A stretch of DNA of 52,471 nucleotides from Patescibacteria group bacterium (lineage in GTDB: Bacteria > Patescibacteriota > Minisyncoccia > Minisyncoccales > RBG-13-36-15), in NCBI GenBank assembly GCA_022574775.1, contig JACZRI010000005.1, forward strand, positions 1 through 52,471, in the 5' to 3' direction. The notes under the pieces are model-generated. The model did no database searches. It was given only the letters and a program-made list of their open reading frames with translations, and was not told where the DNA came from. The first letter of the stretch is position 1; each line of letters opens with the position of its first letter. Of this stretch, positions 9,734 to 18,554 are shown piece by piece. The translations under genes and the position numbers were made by a program.

Positions 9734-10804
9734 ATGAATGACAACAGGGTTTTAGATATTTCTTGGACAAGTATTTTAAAGGTTGGGGTAGCAGCCGTTT
9801 CTTTTTATATACTATATTTAGTTAGGGATATTTTAATCTGGTTTATTTTTGCTCTCATTATTTCTATTTTATTCAGTCCTGTAATTGATTTTCTGCACAG
9901 AAGAAGAATTCCTCGGGTATTATCAGTTATTATCGTGTATGTCGGAACTTTTGCGGCAGTCAGTTTATTTATTTATTCAATTACGCCCATTTTTATTTAT
10001 GAAGTCCAAAAATTTTCTCAAATTTTTCCTGAATACTTTGAAAAAATCTCTCCTTCTCTAAAAGCCCTTGGAATTCAGGCATTTGTGGATATAGAAAGTT
10101 TCATTGGACTCGTCAATAAATCTTTAGAGGCAATAGCCGCTAACATTCTCTCTGCTGCTTTCGTAATTTTTGGCGGTATTTTTTCAACAATTTTTGTTTT
10201 GACTGTGGCGATTTTTATCTCTTTGGAAGAAAAAGCAGTAGAAAGAACATTATCTCTTCTTTTCCCGAAGAAATACAAGGCATACGCTTTTAATCTCTGG
10301 CAGAGGTCTCAAAAAAAGGTTACTGGTTGGTTTTTGACAAGGGTTTTAGCTTCGTTATTCGTTGGAGGAGCCTCCTATTTTGCCTTTTTGATTCTTGATG
10401 CCAAATATCCTTTTTCTATGGGATTGTTAGCGGGAGTGCTGAATTTCGTTCCCATTGTCGGACCTATCATTACTGGATTTTTAATTTTTATATTAGTTTC
10501 TTTAGAAAACACGTTGAGGGCAATTTTTGTTTTAACAGCCTTTATTTTGATTCAGCAAATTGAAAATAATATTCTCACCCCGATTTTAACGAAAAAATTT
10601 GTTAATATTCCTCCCGTTTTAGTTTTAGTCTCGCTTGTGGTCGGTGGAAAACTTTTAGGATTTCTTGGAGCGCTTTTGGCAATTCCCATAGCAGGCATCC
10701 TGTTTGAGTTTATAAGAGATTTTCTCAAAGAGAGAAAAGACTATAATTCATCCGAGGACGAGGTGTCTGGTTACTCGAGAACGCCTCGTTTCCCAACCTC
10801 ATAG
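9734..10804 (+). CDS. AI-2E (PerM) family transporter
   Basis: Multiple TM helices; LNFVPIVGP, QQIENNILTP, GALLAIP. Confidence 0.92.
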   Translation: MNDNRVLDISWTSILKVGVAAVSFYILYLVRDILIWFIFALIISILFSPVIDFLHRRRIPRVLSVIIVYVGTFAAVSLFIYSITPIFIYEVQKFSQIFPEYFEKISPSLKALGIQAFVDIESFIGLVNKSLEAIAANILSAAFVIFGGIFSTIFVLTVAIFISLEEKAVERTLSLLFPKKYKAYAFNLWQRSQKKVTGWFLTRVLASLFVGGASYFAFLILDAKYPFSMGLLAGVLNFVPIVGPIITGFLIFILVSLENTLRAIFVLTAFILIQQIENNILTPILTKKFVNIPPVLVLVSLVVGGKLLGFLGALLAIPIAGILFEFIRDFLKERKDYNSSEDEVSGYSRTPRFPTS

Positions 10805-10862
10805 GAGTGCAGAATTCTGGTTCGAATCCTGCGCTCTTAATCTCATCCGCCTATCAGCGGAC
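10755..10862. repeat. Palindrome cluster at the AI-2E 3' end, including T-loop-like repeat copy 2 (10803-10840)
   Basis: gacgaggtgt..acgcctcgtt hairpin; ggagtgcag-aattctggttcgaatc-ctgcgctcttaa; tccgcctatcagcgga. Confidence 0.7.
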
Positions 10863-10894
10863 TGACACTGAAAAATCAACAGTACTCTGAAATC

Positions 10895-10978
10895 ATTTTA
10901 GCATCTGAACGTCTAAACATTTTAGCAGATATAATCTTCTTAATTTTTGTTTAAATGTTAGAATATTAATACGTTTAT
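10895..10978. repeat. Inverted array of degenerate 8-nt repeats
   Basis: tttagcat-ctgaacgt-ctaaacat-tttagcag ... tgtttaaa-tgttagaa; similar to 48250-48327. Confidence 0.6.
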
Positions 10979-11710
10979 ATGGGTATTCTTTATATCACAG
11001 CTACCCCTATAGGTAATCTTAAAGATATCAGCCTCCGAGCTCTAGAAATATTAAAGGGGGTTGATTTAATTTTATGTGAGGATACGAGGATGACAAAGAG
11101 ATTATTAGAAAGATATAATATAAAAACGCCGACTCTAAGCTACCATCAGCATTCCAAACTAAATAAAGTAAAGTATATTATAAGTATTTTAAAAAAGGGC
11201 AAGAGTTTAGCTCTAGTTTCAGATTCAGGAACACCAGGGATATCTGACCCGGGAGAAAAATTAATCAGTGAGGCAACGAAACAATTGAGCGCTGTAAAAA
11301 TTATTCCAATTCCAGGACCCTCAGCCGTAGCCACAGCGGCTTCAATCTCTGGTTTTCCTATGGATAAATTTTTATTTTTGGGTTTTCCTCCAACTAAACG
11401 AAAAAGAAAGAAATTCTTTGAAGAAGTTTTGAGATCAAAATATCCTGTAATTTTTTACGAATCTCCCCATCGTATTATTAAAACTCTTAAAGAGCTTGAC
11501 TTAGAAGCCAAAATCTACTTATCTGCTAGTCGCCTTCTTCACTCCAGGCGATGGCAGGCGGGTAACCTAGTACCTAAAATAGTCGTTTGCAGAGAGTTAA
11601 CCAAGAAATTTGAAACAATTTATCGTGGAGAGATAGAAGCAGTGATAGAAAAAATTGAAAAAGATAAAATAAAAGGAGAATTTGTTGTGATTGTAGAAGG
11701 AAAAACGTAA
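10979..11710 (+). CDS. rsmI: 16S rRNA C1402 2'-O-methyltransferase
   Basis: LYITATPIGNLKDIS.RAL, CEDTR, SDSGTPGISDPG, YESPHR, RELTKKFE, KGEFV. Confidence 0.96.
   Translation: MGILYITATPIGNLKDISLRALEILKGVDLILCEDTRMTKRLLERYNIKTPTLSYHQHSKLNKVKYIISILKKGKSLALVSDSGTPGISDPGEKLISEATKQLSAVKIIPIPGPSAVATAASISGFPMDKFLFLGFPPTKRKRKKFFEEVLRSKYPVIFYESPHRIIKTLKELDLEAKIYLSASRLLHSRRWQAGNLVPKIVVCRELTKKFETIYRGEIEAVIEKIEKDKIKGEFVVIVEGKT
11518..11563 (+). repeat. Family B palindrome in-frame within rsmI
   Basis: ctgctagtcgcct-N10-aggcgatggcaggcgg; the 16-mer is identical to the metG insert; encodes LSASRLLHSRRWQAG. Confidence 0.8.
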
Positions 11711-11743
11711 GGTTTAATTAAAGCTACAATTGTGTTAAAACAA

Positions 11744-11765
11744 AAGGGAGGCTTATGCCTCCTTG
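11744..11765. terminator. Hairpin between convergent rsmI and the ACP pseudogene
   Basis: ggaggc-ttat-gcctcc. Confidence 0.6.
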
Positions 11766-12006
11766 TTATAGTAGAGCTGCGATTTTGTCCATTGTATCCC
11801 CAACCGTACTGATTTTTTTTAAATCTGTTTCTGATATTGTTATCATTAGTTCGTTTTCTATAGTCATTAGCATGCCAACAATTTCAAATGAATCTAAACG
11901 CAAATCTTCAATAAGTCTTGTTTCTAATTCTATTTTTTCTTCTAAATCTTTCCGATTCAGAGCTAATTATCTCTTTGAGGATGGTGAGAATTTTTTAGGG
12001 TTCCAT
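11766..12006 (-). pseudogene. acpP: Acyl carrier protein pseudogene
   Basis: AAGGAGG SD, then MEP*KILTILKEII, a frameshift, then KDLEEKIELETRLIEDLRLDSFEIVGMLMTIENELMITISETDLKKISTVGDTMDKIAALL*; D-S phosphopantetheine motif. Confidence 0.8.
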
Positions 12007-12057
12007 CACGCCTCCTTATTTTTGAGTACTTTTTGAACTTAGAAATTTTCATAACTT

Positions 12058-13572
12058 ATGTTAAGCAAAAATAAAAAGTTTTATATTACAACAAGTATAG
12101 TTTATACGAATGCTTCTCCCCATATAGGTTTTGCATTAGAATCTATCCAGGCTGATGTGATTGCTCGATATCAACAGATTTCAGGTAAAGAGGTTTTCTT
12201 TTTAACTGGGACGGATGAACATGGCGCAAAAGTAGCCAAAGCAGCAGAGGAAGAAAAGAAAGAATCAAAGGAATTTGCTGATAAAATTTCACGAAAGGTT
12301 AGAAGTTTTAAGAAAATTTTAAATCTTTCTAATGATGATTTCATTCGTACCACTGATCAAAAAAGGCACTGGCCAACGGTAAAAAAAGTTTGGTTAAAAT
12401 TAAAAGAGAATGGCGATATATACAAAAAGCAATACAAAGGGCTTTACTGCCCTGGCTGCGAAACCTTTATTACAAAAAAAGACCTGAAGGATAAAAAATG
12501 TATTATTCATAAAAAGAAACCTGAAATAATTGAAGAAGAGAATTATTTCTTTAGGCTGTCAAAATACTCGAAAAAAATCGAGAAAATTATTGCAGAAGAT
12601 AAAATTCACATAATCCCTAAGACCCGTAAAAAAGAAATTCTAAACTTTGTTCAACATGGGTTGGAAGATATCAGTTTTTCCCGTCCCAGAAAAGATTTAA
12701 AATGGGGGATTCCTGTACCTGATGATAAATCTCATACCATTTATGTATGGAGCGACGCGCTTGTAAACTATATCTCAGCTCTTAGTTATTCGAAAAATAG
12801 CAAAAAATTTCAAAAATTTTGGCCAGCTGACGTACATTGTATTGGTAAGGATATATTAAAATTTCATGGAGCAATTTGGCCGGGAATGCTTTTATCTCTT
12901 GGGTTGCCATTGCCAAAGACAATATTTGTCCATGGGTTTATTACTGTTGATGGCCAGAAAATGTCCAAATCTTTAGGTAATATTATCAATCCTTTTGAGC
13001 TAGTTAGAAAATACGGAACTGATTCGGTAAGGTATTTTCTTTTAAGGGAAATTCCTTCAACCGAGGACGGAGATTTCACATACCGGAAATTTGAGCAAAG
13101 ATATAATGCTGATTTAGCGAGTGGATTGGGGAATTTGGTAGCTCGGATTTTAACATTGGCCGAAAGATTAGCCATAAAACAATACCTGCCCGCCAGCGGA
13201 TTGAGTCGCAGGCGATGGCAGGCGGATAATCATAAAGCAATAGAACCAGAGATTGACAAAGTTTGGAGAGATTATAAAAAAGCCTTAGATGAATTTAAAT
13301 TTAACAAGGCATTGGCTGCAATTTGGAAATTAATTAGCTTTTGCGACAAATATATTGAGAAAGAAAAACTCTGGAAACAAACGAAAAATCAACAATCAAA
13401 AATTAATAATTTACTATTTGCTTTAGCTCACATCGCTCATTTACTAAAACCATTTTTACCGGAGACCTCGGAGAAAATATTAAAACAATTAGGAATAAAA
13501 TTAATTGAAAAGAAACCTTGGAAATTTAAAATTAAAAAAAGAAAATCCCTTTTCCCCAGATTTAACTCTTAA
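12058..13572 (+). CDS. metG: Methionine--tRNA ligase
   Basis: FYITT..Y.N..PHIG, GTDEHG, YVWSDALVNY, IGKDILKFH, KMSKSLGN. Confidence 0.97.
   Translation: MLSKNKKFYITTSIVYTNASPHIGFALESIQADVIARYQQISGKEVFFLTGTDEHGAKVAKAAEEEKKESKEFADKISRKVRSFKKILNLSNDDFIRTTDQKRHWPTVKKVWLKLKENGDIYKKQYKGLYCPGCETFITKKDLKDKKCIIHKKKPEIIEEENYFFRLSKYSKKIEKIIAEDKIHIIPKTRKKEILNFVQHGLEDISFSRPRKDLKWGIPVPDDKSHTIYVWSDALVNYISALSYSKNSKKFQKFWPADVHCIGKDILKFHGAIWPGMLLSLGLPLPKTIFVHGFITVDGQKMSKSLGNIINPFELVRKYGTDSVRYFLLREIPSTEDGDFTYRKFEQRYNADLASGLGNLVARILTLAERLAIKQYLPASGLSRRRWQADNHKAIEPEIDKVWRDYKKALDEFKFNKALAAIWKLISFCDKYIEKEKLWKQTKNQQSKINNLLFALAHIAHLLKPFLPETSEKILKQLGIKLIEKKPWKFKIKKRKSLFPRFNS
13184..13226 (+). repeat. Family B palindrome in-frame within metG
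   Basis: acctgcccgccagcggattgagtcgcaggcgatggcaggcgga, encoding LPASGLSRRRWQAD. Confidence 0.85.
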
Positions 13573-13595
13573 TTCCCCTCAAATTTTTTAAAAAT

Positions 13596-14447
13596 ATGTT
13601 AATTGATACTCATACCCACTTAAATTTTAATGCTTTCAAAGATGACACCAATGAAATTATAAAGAGAACTTTAGAAAATGATATATGGATGATAAATGTA
13701 GGGTCCCAATACACAACGAGTAAAAGAGCAGTTGAAATTGCTGAGAGATACGACAAAGGAGTCTTTGCGGCAATTGGCTTACATCCTATTCATTTGCAAG
13801 AGCGCAAGGTTGATGCTTCCGAAATTGATTCACAGGCAGTTTTTAAAACTCGCGCCGAAGAATTTGATTACGAAAGCTATAAAAAGTTAGCTCAAAATCC
13901 AAAAGTGGTCGCTATTGGAGAAATTGGTTTAGATTATTATTACAAGCCCAAGACAAAAAATAAATTAGAACAATTCAAACAAAAACAAAAAGAAACTTTT
14001 TTGAAACAATTCAATTTGGCGAAAGAGCTAAATCTGCCGGTCATTTTACACTGCAGAGTAGCCCACAACGATTTAATACACACACTAAATACTAAATACC
14101 AGCTACAAGATAGTGCGTTCAGTGGTGTTATTCATTGTTTTACCGGAAATTTAGAACAAACTCAAAAATTTTTAGAATTAGGATTTTACATTGGACTTAA
14201 CGGGCTGATTCTTAAAAATGTACCTGCTTTACCTGACCCGGTTGAAATTATTAACCAGATACCTTTAGAGCGAATTTTACTCGAGACAGATTCTCCTTAT
14301 CTTACTCCACCCCAAGCAAAAGAAGAAAGGAATCAGCCTGTTAACGTTCGGTATGTGGCAGAGCGAATTGCTCAAATAAAAAAAGTGAGTTATGAAAAAG
14401 TGGCTAGAATCACTACTCAAAACGCAAAAGAATTATTTAAAATTTAA
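13596..14447 (+). CDS. tatD: TatD family deoxyribonuclease
   Basis: DTHTHL, GLHP, VAIGEIGLDY, HCR, GVIHCF, LETDSPYL. Confidence 0.95.
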   Translation: MLIDTHTHLNFNAFKDDTNEIIKRTLENDIWMINVGSQYTTSKRAVEIAERYDKGVFAAIGLHPIHLQERKVDASEIDSQAVFKTRAEEFDYESYKKLAQNPKVVAIGEIGLDYYYKPKTKNKLEQFKQKQKETFLKQFNLAKELNLPVILHCRVAHNDLIHTLNTKYQLQDSAFSGVIHCFTGNLEQTQKFLELGFYIGLNGLILKNVPALPDPVEIINQIPLERILLETDSPYLTPPQAKEERNQPVNVRYVAERIAQIKKVSYEKVARITTQNAKELFKI

Positions 14448-14452
14448 AATTC

Positions 14453-15016
14453 TTATTGTTTGAAAATAGCTACTGTCGCAGTTATTTTCAGACGCTCTAG
14501 TTTTTTAAAATCTTTTTTCATAAGCTCTTTAATATAAGGAAATCTTAGGGCGGCAGCAGGATGAAAAGTGGAAAAATAAATTACTTTATCTTTTTTTAAA
14601 GTCTTTCCATGAACGTCAGAAATTTTTACTTTTCCAATTAAAGTCTTGTGTGCAACGCCACCCAGAAGAACAATTAATGTTGGTCTTATGGCCCCAATTT
14701 GTTTTAGGAGATGGATTTTTCCATGATCTATTTCTTTATCTGTCGGTGTTCTCATTCCAGGGTAGTATTTGACGGGAGAGGTGATAAAAACATCATTTCT
14801 ACCTAATTTTATTGAGTTTAGAAGTTGAGTGAGTAATTTTCCTGATCTTCCAATGAATGGTTTTCCTGTTTCTGCTTCTTTCTTTCCAGGCGCTTCTCCC
14901 ACAAAAAGAATTTTTGCTTTTGGATTTCCTTCTCCAGGCACAGCTCTGCCTGACGTTCTCTTTTTACACTCTTTGCAATTTCTAATTTCTCTAGCTATTT
15001 TTTCTAGTTTTGTCAT
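14453..15016 (-). CDS. Uracil-DNA glycosylase, family 4-like
   Basis: VPGEG, GEAPG..E..TG.PFIGRSG, TFHPAAALR. Confidence 0.92.
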   Translation of the reverse strand: MTKLEKIAREIRNCKECKKRTSGRAVPGEGNPKAKILFVGEAPGKKEAETGKPFIGRSGKLLTQLLNSIKLGRNDVFITSPVKYYPGMRTPTDKEIDHGKIHLLKQIGAIRPTLIVLLGGVAHKTLIGKVKISDVHGKTLKKDKVIYFSTFHPAAALRFPYIKELMKKDFKKLERLKITATVAIFKQ

Positions 15017-15832
15017 TTAAATAAGATAACACTTTTTTGATTTTTTAATAAGTTTGTCTTTTAGGAGAGAAGAAAGGATTTCTTTTGGAGAGTAAGATTT
15101 TTTTATTCTTTTAACTTCTTTTTCAAGAAAAGATTCAAGAGTCTTGTGAAATACTTTTTCCTCAGAGAGGAGAAATCTCACAGCTTTTGTCCGAAAATAT
15201 CGAAAAGATCCTTCAAAAGGACTCTGCCGATAATAATGACTGCTTTTTGTATTTATTCTTTTGTTTTTGAGAGCGGTGGCTCCATAATCAAAAAGAGCGT
15301 AGTGCCAGGCCTTGGGATTTCTTTTCCATACAGCTTTTTGAGCAATTTTAAGGATTTCTTTATCTGAAACCTTTTTCTTTTTAGGAAAGAAAAAATGCAG
15401 ATACACTCTGCGAATATTCGTATCCAAGAAAGCATCTTTACTTTGAAAGGCAAAGCAAGCAACAGCTCTCGCAGTATAAGGGCCGATGCCAGGAAAAGTT
15501 TCAAGTAAACGAGAGTCCTTTGGAAATTTTCCTTTATATTCTTTCAGAATTTTCTTTGCAGTTTCCTTTAAAAAAAGAGCCCTCCTCCAGTATCCCAAAC
15601 CTTTCCATATTTTGAGAAGTTTTTTATTTGAAGCTTGAGACAGGGTTTTCAGAGTAGGAAACTCGCTGAGGAATTGCTTATATTTAGGAAGAACTCGAGA
15701 AATTTGGGTCTGCTGGAGCATTACTTCTGAAACAAGAATTTTATAAGGATCTGAAGTTTTTCTCCACAGTAATTCTCTTTTATGCTGCCGATACCATTTT
15801 AGGATTTTGCTTCGGAATTTAGGAATGGTCAT
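15017..15832 (-). CDS. mutY: MutY-like HhH-GPD adenine glycosylase (short form)
   Basis: PYKILVSEVMLQQT, WKGLGY.RRA, PGIGPYTA, DTNIRRV. Confidence 0.85.
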   Translation of the reverse strand: MTIPKFRSKILKWYRQHKRELLWRKTSDPYKILVSEVMLQQTQISRVLPKYKQFLSEFPTLKTLSQASNKKLLKIWKGLGYWRRALFLKETAKKILKEYKGKFPKDSRLLETFPGIGPYTARAVACFAFQSKDAFLDTNIRRVYLHFFFPKKKKVSDKEILKIAQKAVWKRNPKAWHYALFDYGATALKNKRINTKSSHYYRQSPFEGSFRYFRTKAVRFLLSEEKVFHKTLESFLEKEVKRIKKSYSPKEILSSLLKDKLIKKSKKCYLI

Positions 15833-15858
15833 ATATTCTATTATACTTTTTTTTTAAA

Positions 15859-15887
15859 TAGACAAAAGCAGTTTCCTAAGATAAAAT
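15859..15887 (+). promoter_or_regulatory. Sigma70-type promoter for leuS (near-leaderless)
   Basis: TAGACA-17nt-TAAAAT with the ATG 8 nt downstream. Confidence 0.6.
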
Positions 15888-15895
15888 TAAAAAGT

Positions 15896-18427
15896 ATGGC
15901 CTACAACTCCCCTCGTAAAGTAGCCTCTGCGGCGACCACGAGGCAACTAAAAAAATATAATCCACAAAGGATAGAAAGGAAATGGCAGAGAGTTTGGGAG
16001 AGAGGAGATTTTTACCGCGCCAAAGATTTATCTAAAAAGCCAAAAAGCTATATTTTGGTTGAATTTCCCTATCCATCGGGTGACGGGTTGCATGTTGGAC
16101 ATTGCCGAAGCTATGTTGCCTTAGATATTGTTGCAAGGAAAAGAAGGATGGAGGGATTGAATGTTTTATTTCCGATGGGCTGGGATGCTTTCGGACTTCC
16201 AACGGAGAACTATGCGATTAAGACAGGAATTCATCCAAGAATTGTCACCAAGAAAAACACTGCTTTTTTCAAACGCCAAGAAAAAAGCTTAGGGCTTTCT
16301 TTTGATTGGAGCAGGGAAATCAACACTACCGACCCTGCTTATTATAAATGGACTCAATGGATATTTATTCAGCTTTTTAAAAAGAATTTAGCTTATAAGG
16401 CAAGGATTCCAATTAATTGGTGTCCTGACTGTAAGATTGGTTTGGCTAATGAAGAGGTGATTGATGGCCGATGTGAAAGATGCGGCAAGAGGGTTACAAA
16501 AAAAGAAAAAGAACAGTGGATGCTAAAAATCACAAAGTACGCAGAAAGATTAATTAAAGATTTAGAAAAAGTTGATTATCCAGAGAGGGTGAAAGCTTTA
16601 CAGAAAGATTGGATAGGGAAATCAGAAGGAACAACCATCAAATTTCAAATTTCAAATTTCAAATTTCAAATTGATGTATTTACTACAAGAGCCGATACTT
16701 TATTTGGCGCGACTTTTTTAGTGCTTGCTCCAGAGCATCCTGCAATCGAAAGTCTGAAGTCAAAAATAAGGAACTATAAGTTTGTGGAAAGATATATTAA
16801 AGAAGCGAGAAAGAAGACAGAAAAAGAGAGAATAATCGAGATAAGAAATAAAATAGGAGTAGAGATAAAAGGGATAAAAGCAGTTAATCCGGTGAATAAT
16901 CGGGAAATTCAAATTTTTATTGCAGATTATGTCTTGCTGCACTATGGAACCGGAGCCATTATGGCAGTTCCAGCCCATGACCAGAGAGACTTGAATTTTG
17001 CCAAACAATATAATCTTTCCATCATAGACGTTATTAAACCAATAGAATCTAGGAGTTATCCTTCGACAAGCTCAGGATCCCGAGCAGCGTCGAGGGATAA
17101 GTTAAAGTCTGATCAGGCATATGAAGGGGAGGGAGTATTAATCAATTCTGGCAGATTTAATGGAATGAAATCAGATGATGCTAAAAAAAGGATTGTTGAG
17201 TGGCTGGCAAGAGATGGAAAGGCAAAAAGAGCGGTCAGTTACAAATTAAGAGACTGGATTTTTTCTCGCCAGCGGTATTGGGGCGAGCCGATTCCAATGA
17301 TAAAATGTCAAAAATGCGGCTGGTTGTCAGCACCGGAAAAGGATTTACCAATTGAATTACCGCGAGTTAAAGAATATAAACCAACTGAAAAGGGAGAATC
17401 TCCCTTAGTAAAAGTTAAAAGTTGGGTTAACACCAAATGCCCAAAGTGTAATAGCCCAGCAGAAAGAGAAACTGATGTTATGCCAAACTGGGCTGGTTCT
17501 AATTGGTATTATCTTAGATACTGCGATCCTCGAAACAAAAAAAGCATATTCAGTCAAAAATTGCTTAAATATTGGATGCCGGTTGATTGGTATAACGGAG
17601 GAATGGAGCATGCCACATTACATTTATTATATTCCCGTTTTATCTATAAATTTCTATGGGATATTAAAGCAGTGCCAAGGTCTCTCGGGGTTGAACCCTA
17701 TAAAAAGAGAACCTCTCATGGAGTGATTCTTGGCGAGGGGGGAATCAAGATGTCTAAATCCAAGGGTAATGTTATAAGTCCAGAACAAGTTATAAAAGAG
17801 TATGGCGCAGATACCTTGAGAATCTATGAGATGTTTATAGGGCCATTTGAGCAAACAATTGCCTGGGATGCAAAAGGGATAAAAGGAGCGAGGAGATTTT
17901 TAGAGAGGGTTTGGAGATTAGCCGGTCAATTTTTTGTTACTCAAAACTCTCAAAGTTCCCCCGATCTAAAAAAATTATTCCACAAAACAATAAAAAAAGT
18001 TTCAGAAGATATTGAGTCTTTGAAATTTAATACTGCCGTAAGCTCATTGATGGAATTCTCTAATGCTTGGCAGGCAGATAGAAGAGGAGGATTAGGAAAA
18101 AAAGATTTTAAAGATTTCTTAAAAGTTTTATCACCTTTTGCCCCTCATTTAACACAAGAACTTTGGGGAAAGATAGGTTTTAAGAGCAGTATTCATAATG
18201 AAAAATGGCCAAAATATGACCCAACATTAATCAAAGAAGAAATCGCGACCTTTATTGTTCAGGTGCAAGGCAGAGTCCGAGGGAAGATTGAAGCTGAAAT
18301 AGAAATTCCTGAAGAAAAACTTAAAAAACTAGCCCTATCACAAGAAAAAATCAAAAAATGGATTATAGGAAAAAAGATTAAAAAAACAATATTCATTCCG
18401 GGAAAACTTATTAACTTTGTGCTTTAA
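15896..18427 (+). CDS. leuS: Leucine--tRNA ligase
   Basis: FPYPSG.GLHVGH, MGWDAFGLP.EN, FTTRADT, GTGAIMAVPAHDQRD, KMSKSKGN. Confidence 0.97.
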   Translation: MAYNSPRKVASAATTRQLKKYNPQRIERKWQRVWERGDFYRAKDLSKKPKSYILVEFPYPSGDGLHVGHCRSYVALDIVARKRRMEGLNVLFPMGWDAFGLPTENYAIKTGIHPRIVTKKNTAFFKRQEKSLGLSFDWSREINTTDPAYYKWTQWIFIQLFKKNLAYKARIPINWCPDCKIGLANEEVIDGRCERCGKRVTKKEKEQWMLKITKYAERLIKDLEKVDYPERVKALQKDWIGKSEGTTIKFQISNFKFQIDVFTTRADTLFGATFLVLAPEHPAIESLKSKIRNYKFVERYIKEARKKTEKERIIEIRNKIGVEIKGIKAVNPVNNREIQIFIADYVLLHYGTGAIMAVPAHDQRDLNFAKQYNLSIIDVIKPIESRSYPSTSSGSRAASRDKLKSDQAYEGEGVLINSGRFNGMKSDDAKKRIVEWLARDGKAKRAVSYKLRDWIFSRQRYWGEPIPMIKCQKCGWLSAPEKDLPIELPRVKEYKPTEKGESPLVKVKSWVNTKCPKCNSPAERETDVMPNWAGSNWYYLRYCDPRNKKSIFSQKLLKYWMPVDWYNGGMEHATLHLLYSRFIYKFLWDIKAVPRSLGVEPYKKRTSHGVILGEGGIKMSKSKGNVISPEQVIKEYGADTLRIYEMFIGPFEQTIAWDAKGIKGARRFLERVWRLAGQFFVTQNSQSSPDLKKLFHKTIKKVSEDIESLKFNTAVSSLMEFSNAWQADRRGGLGKKDFKDFLKVLSPFAPHLTQELWGKIGFKSSIHNEKWPKYDPTLIKEEIATFIVQVQGRVRGKIEAEIEIPEEKLKKLALSQEKIKKWIIGKKIKKTIFIPGKLINFVL
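16638..16672 (+). repeat. Perfect heptamer tandem repeat (TCAAATT)x5 inside leuS
   Basis: Read directly; encodes KFQISNFKFQI. Confidence 0.9.
17056..17100 (+). repeat. Family C (cttcgacaagctcag) palindrome in-frame within leuS
   Basis: 45-bp ttatccttcgac...gtcgagggataa; 24 nt identical to 21989-22012. Confidence 0.85.
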
Positions 18428-18458
18428 TCACAGATTAGATATTCAATATAAAAACAAA

Positions 18459-18488
18459 GAGGAGGTTCCATTTATGGAACCCCTTTTT
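18459..18488 (+). terminator. Terminator after leuS
   Basis: ggttccat-tt-atggaacc followed by ccttttt. Confidence 0.6.
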
Positions 18489-18554
18489 GGCTTCCATAGG
18501 AGCGTAAATCAGTTACGGGGTTGAAAAATTTCTTGAAAAAGCTATTCTCTAAAA

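Noticed and set aside
10803-10840. tRNA gene suggested by GGTTCGAATCC (also at 46021-46053 and 201-227)
   Set aside because: No D-arm, anticodon arm or acceptor stem; treated as a repeat
11755-12036. 93-aa plus-strand ORF
   Set aside because: Antisense shadow of the ACP pseudogene; Ser/Ile/Phe-rich composition typical of reverse frames
17056-17100. Inteins or self-splicing introns as the explanation for coding insertions
   Set aside because: The inserts are far too short and lack intein (C/S...HN) or group I/II motifs; RNA-level excision cannot be excluded without data
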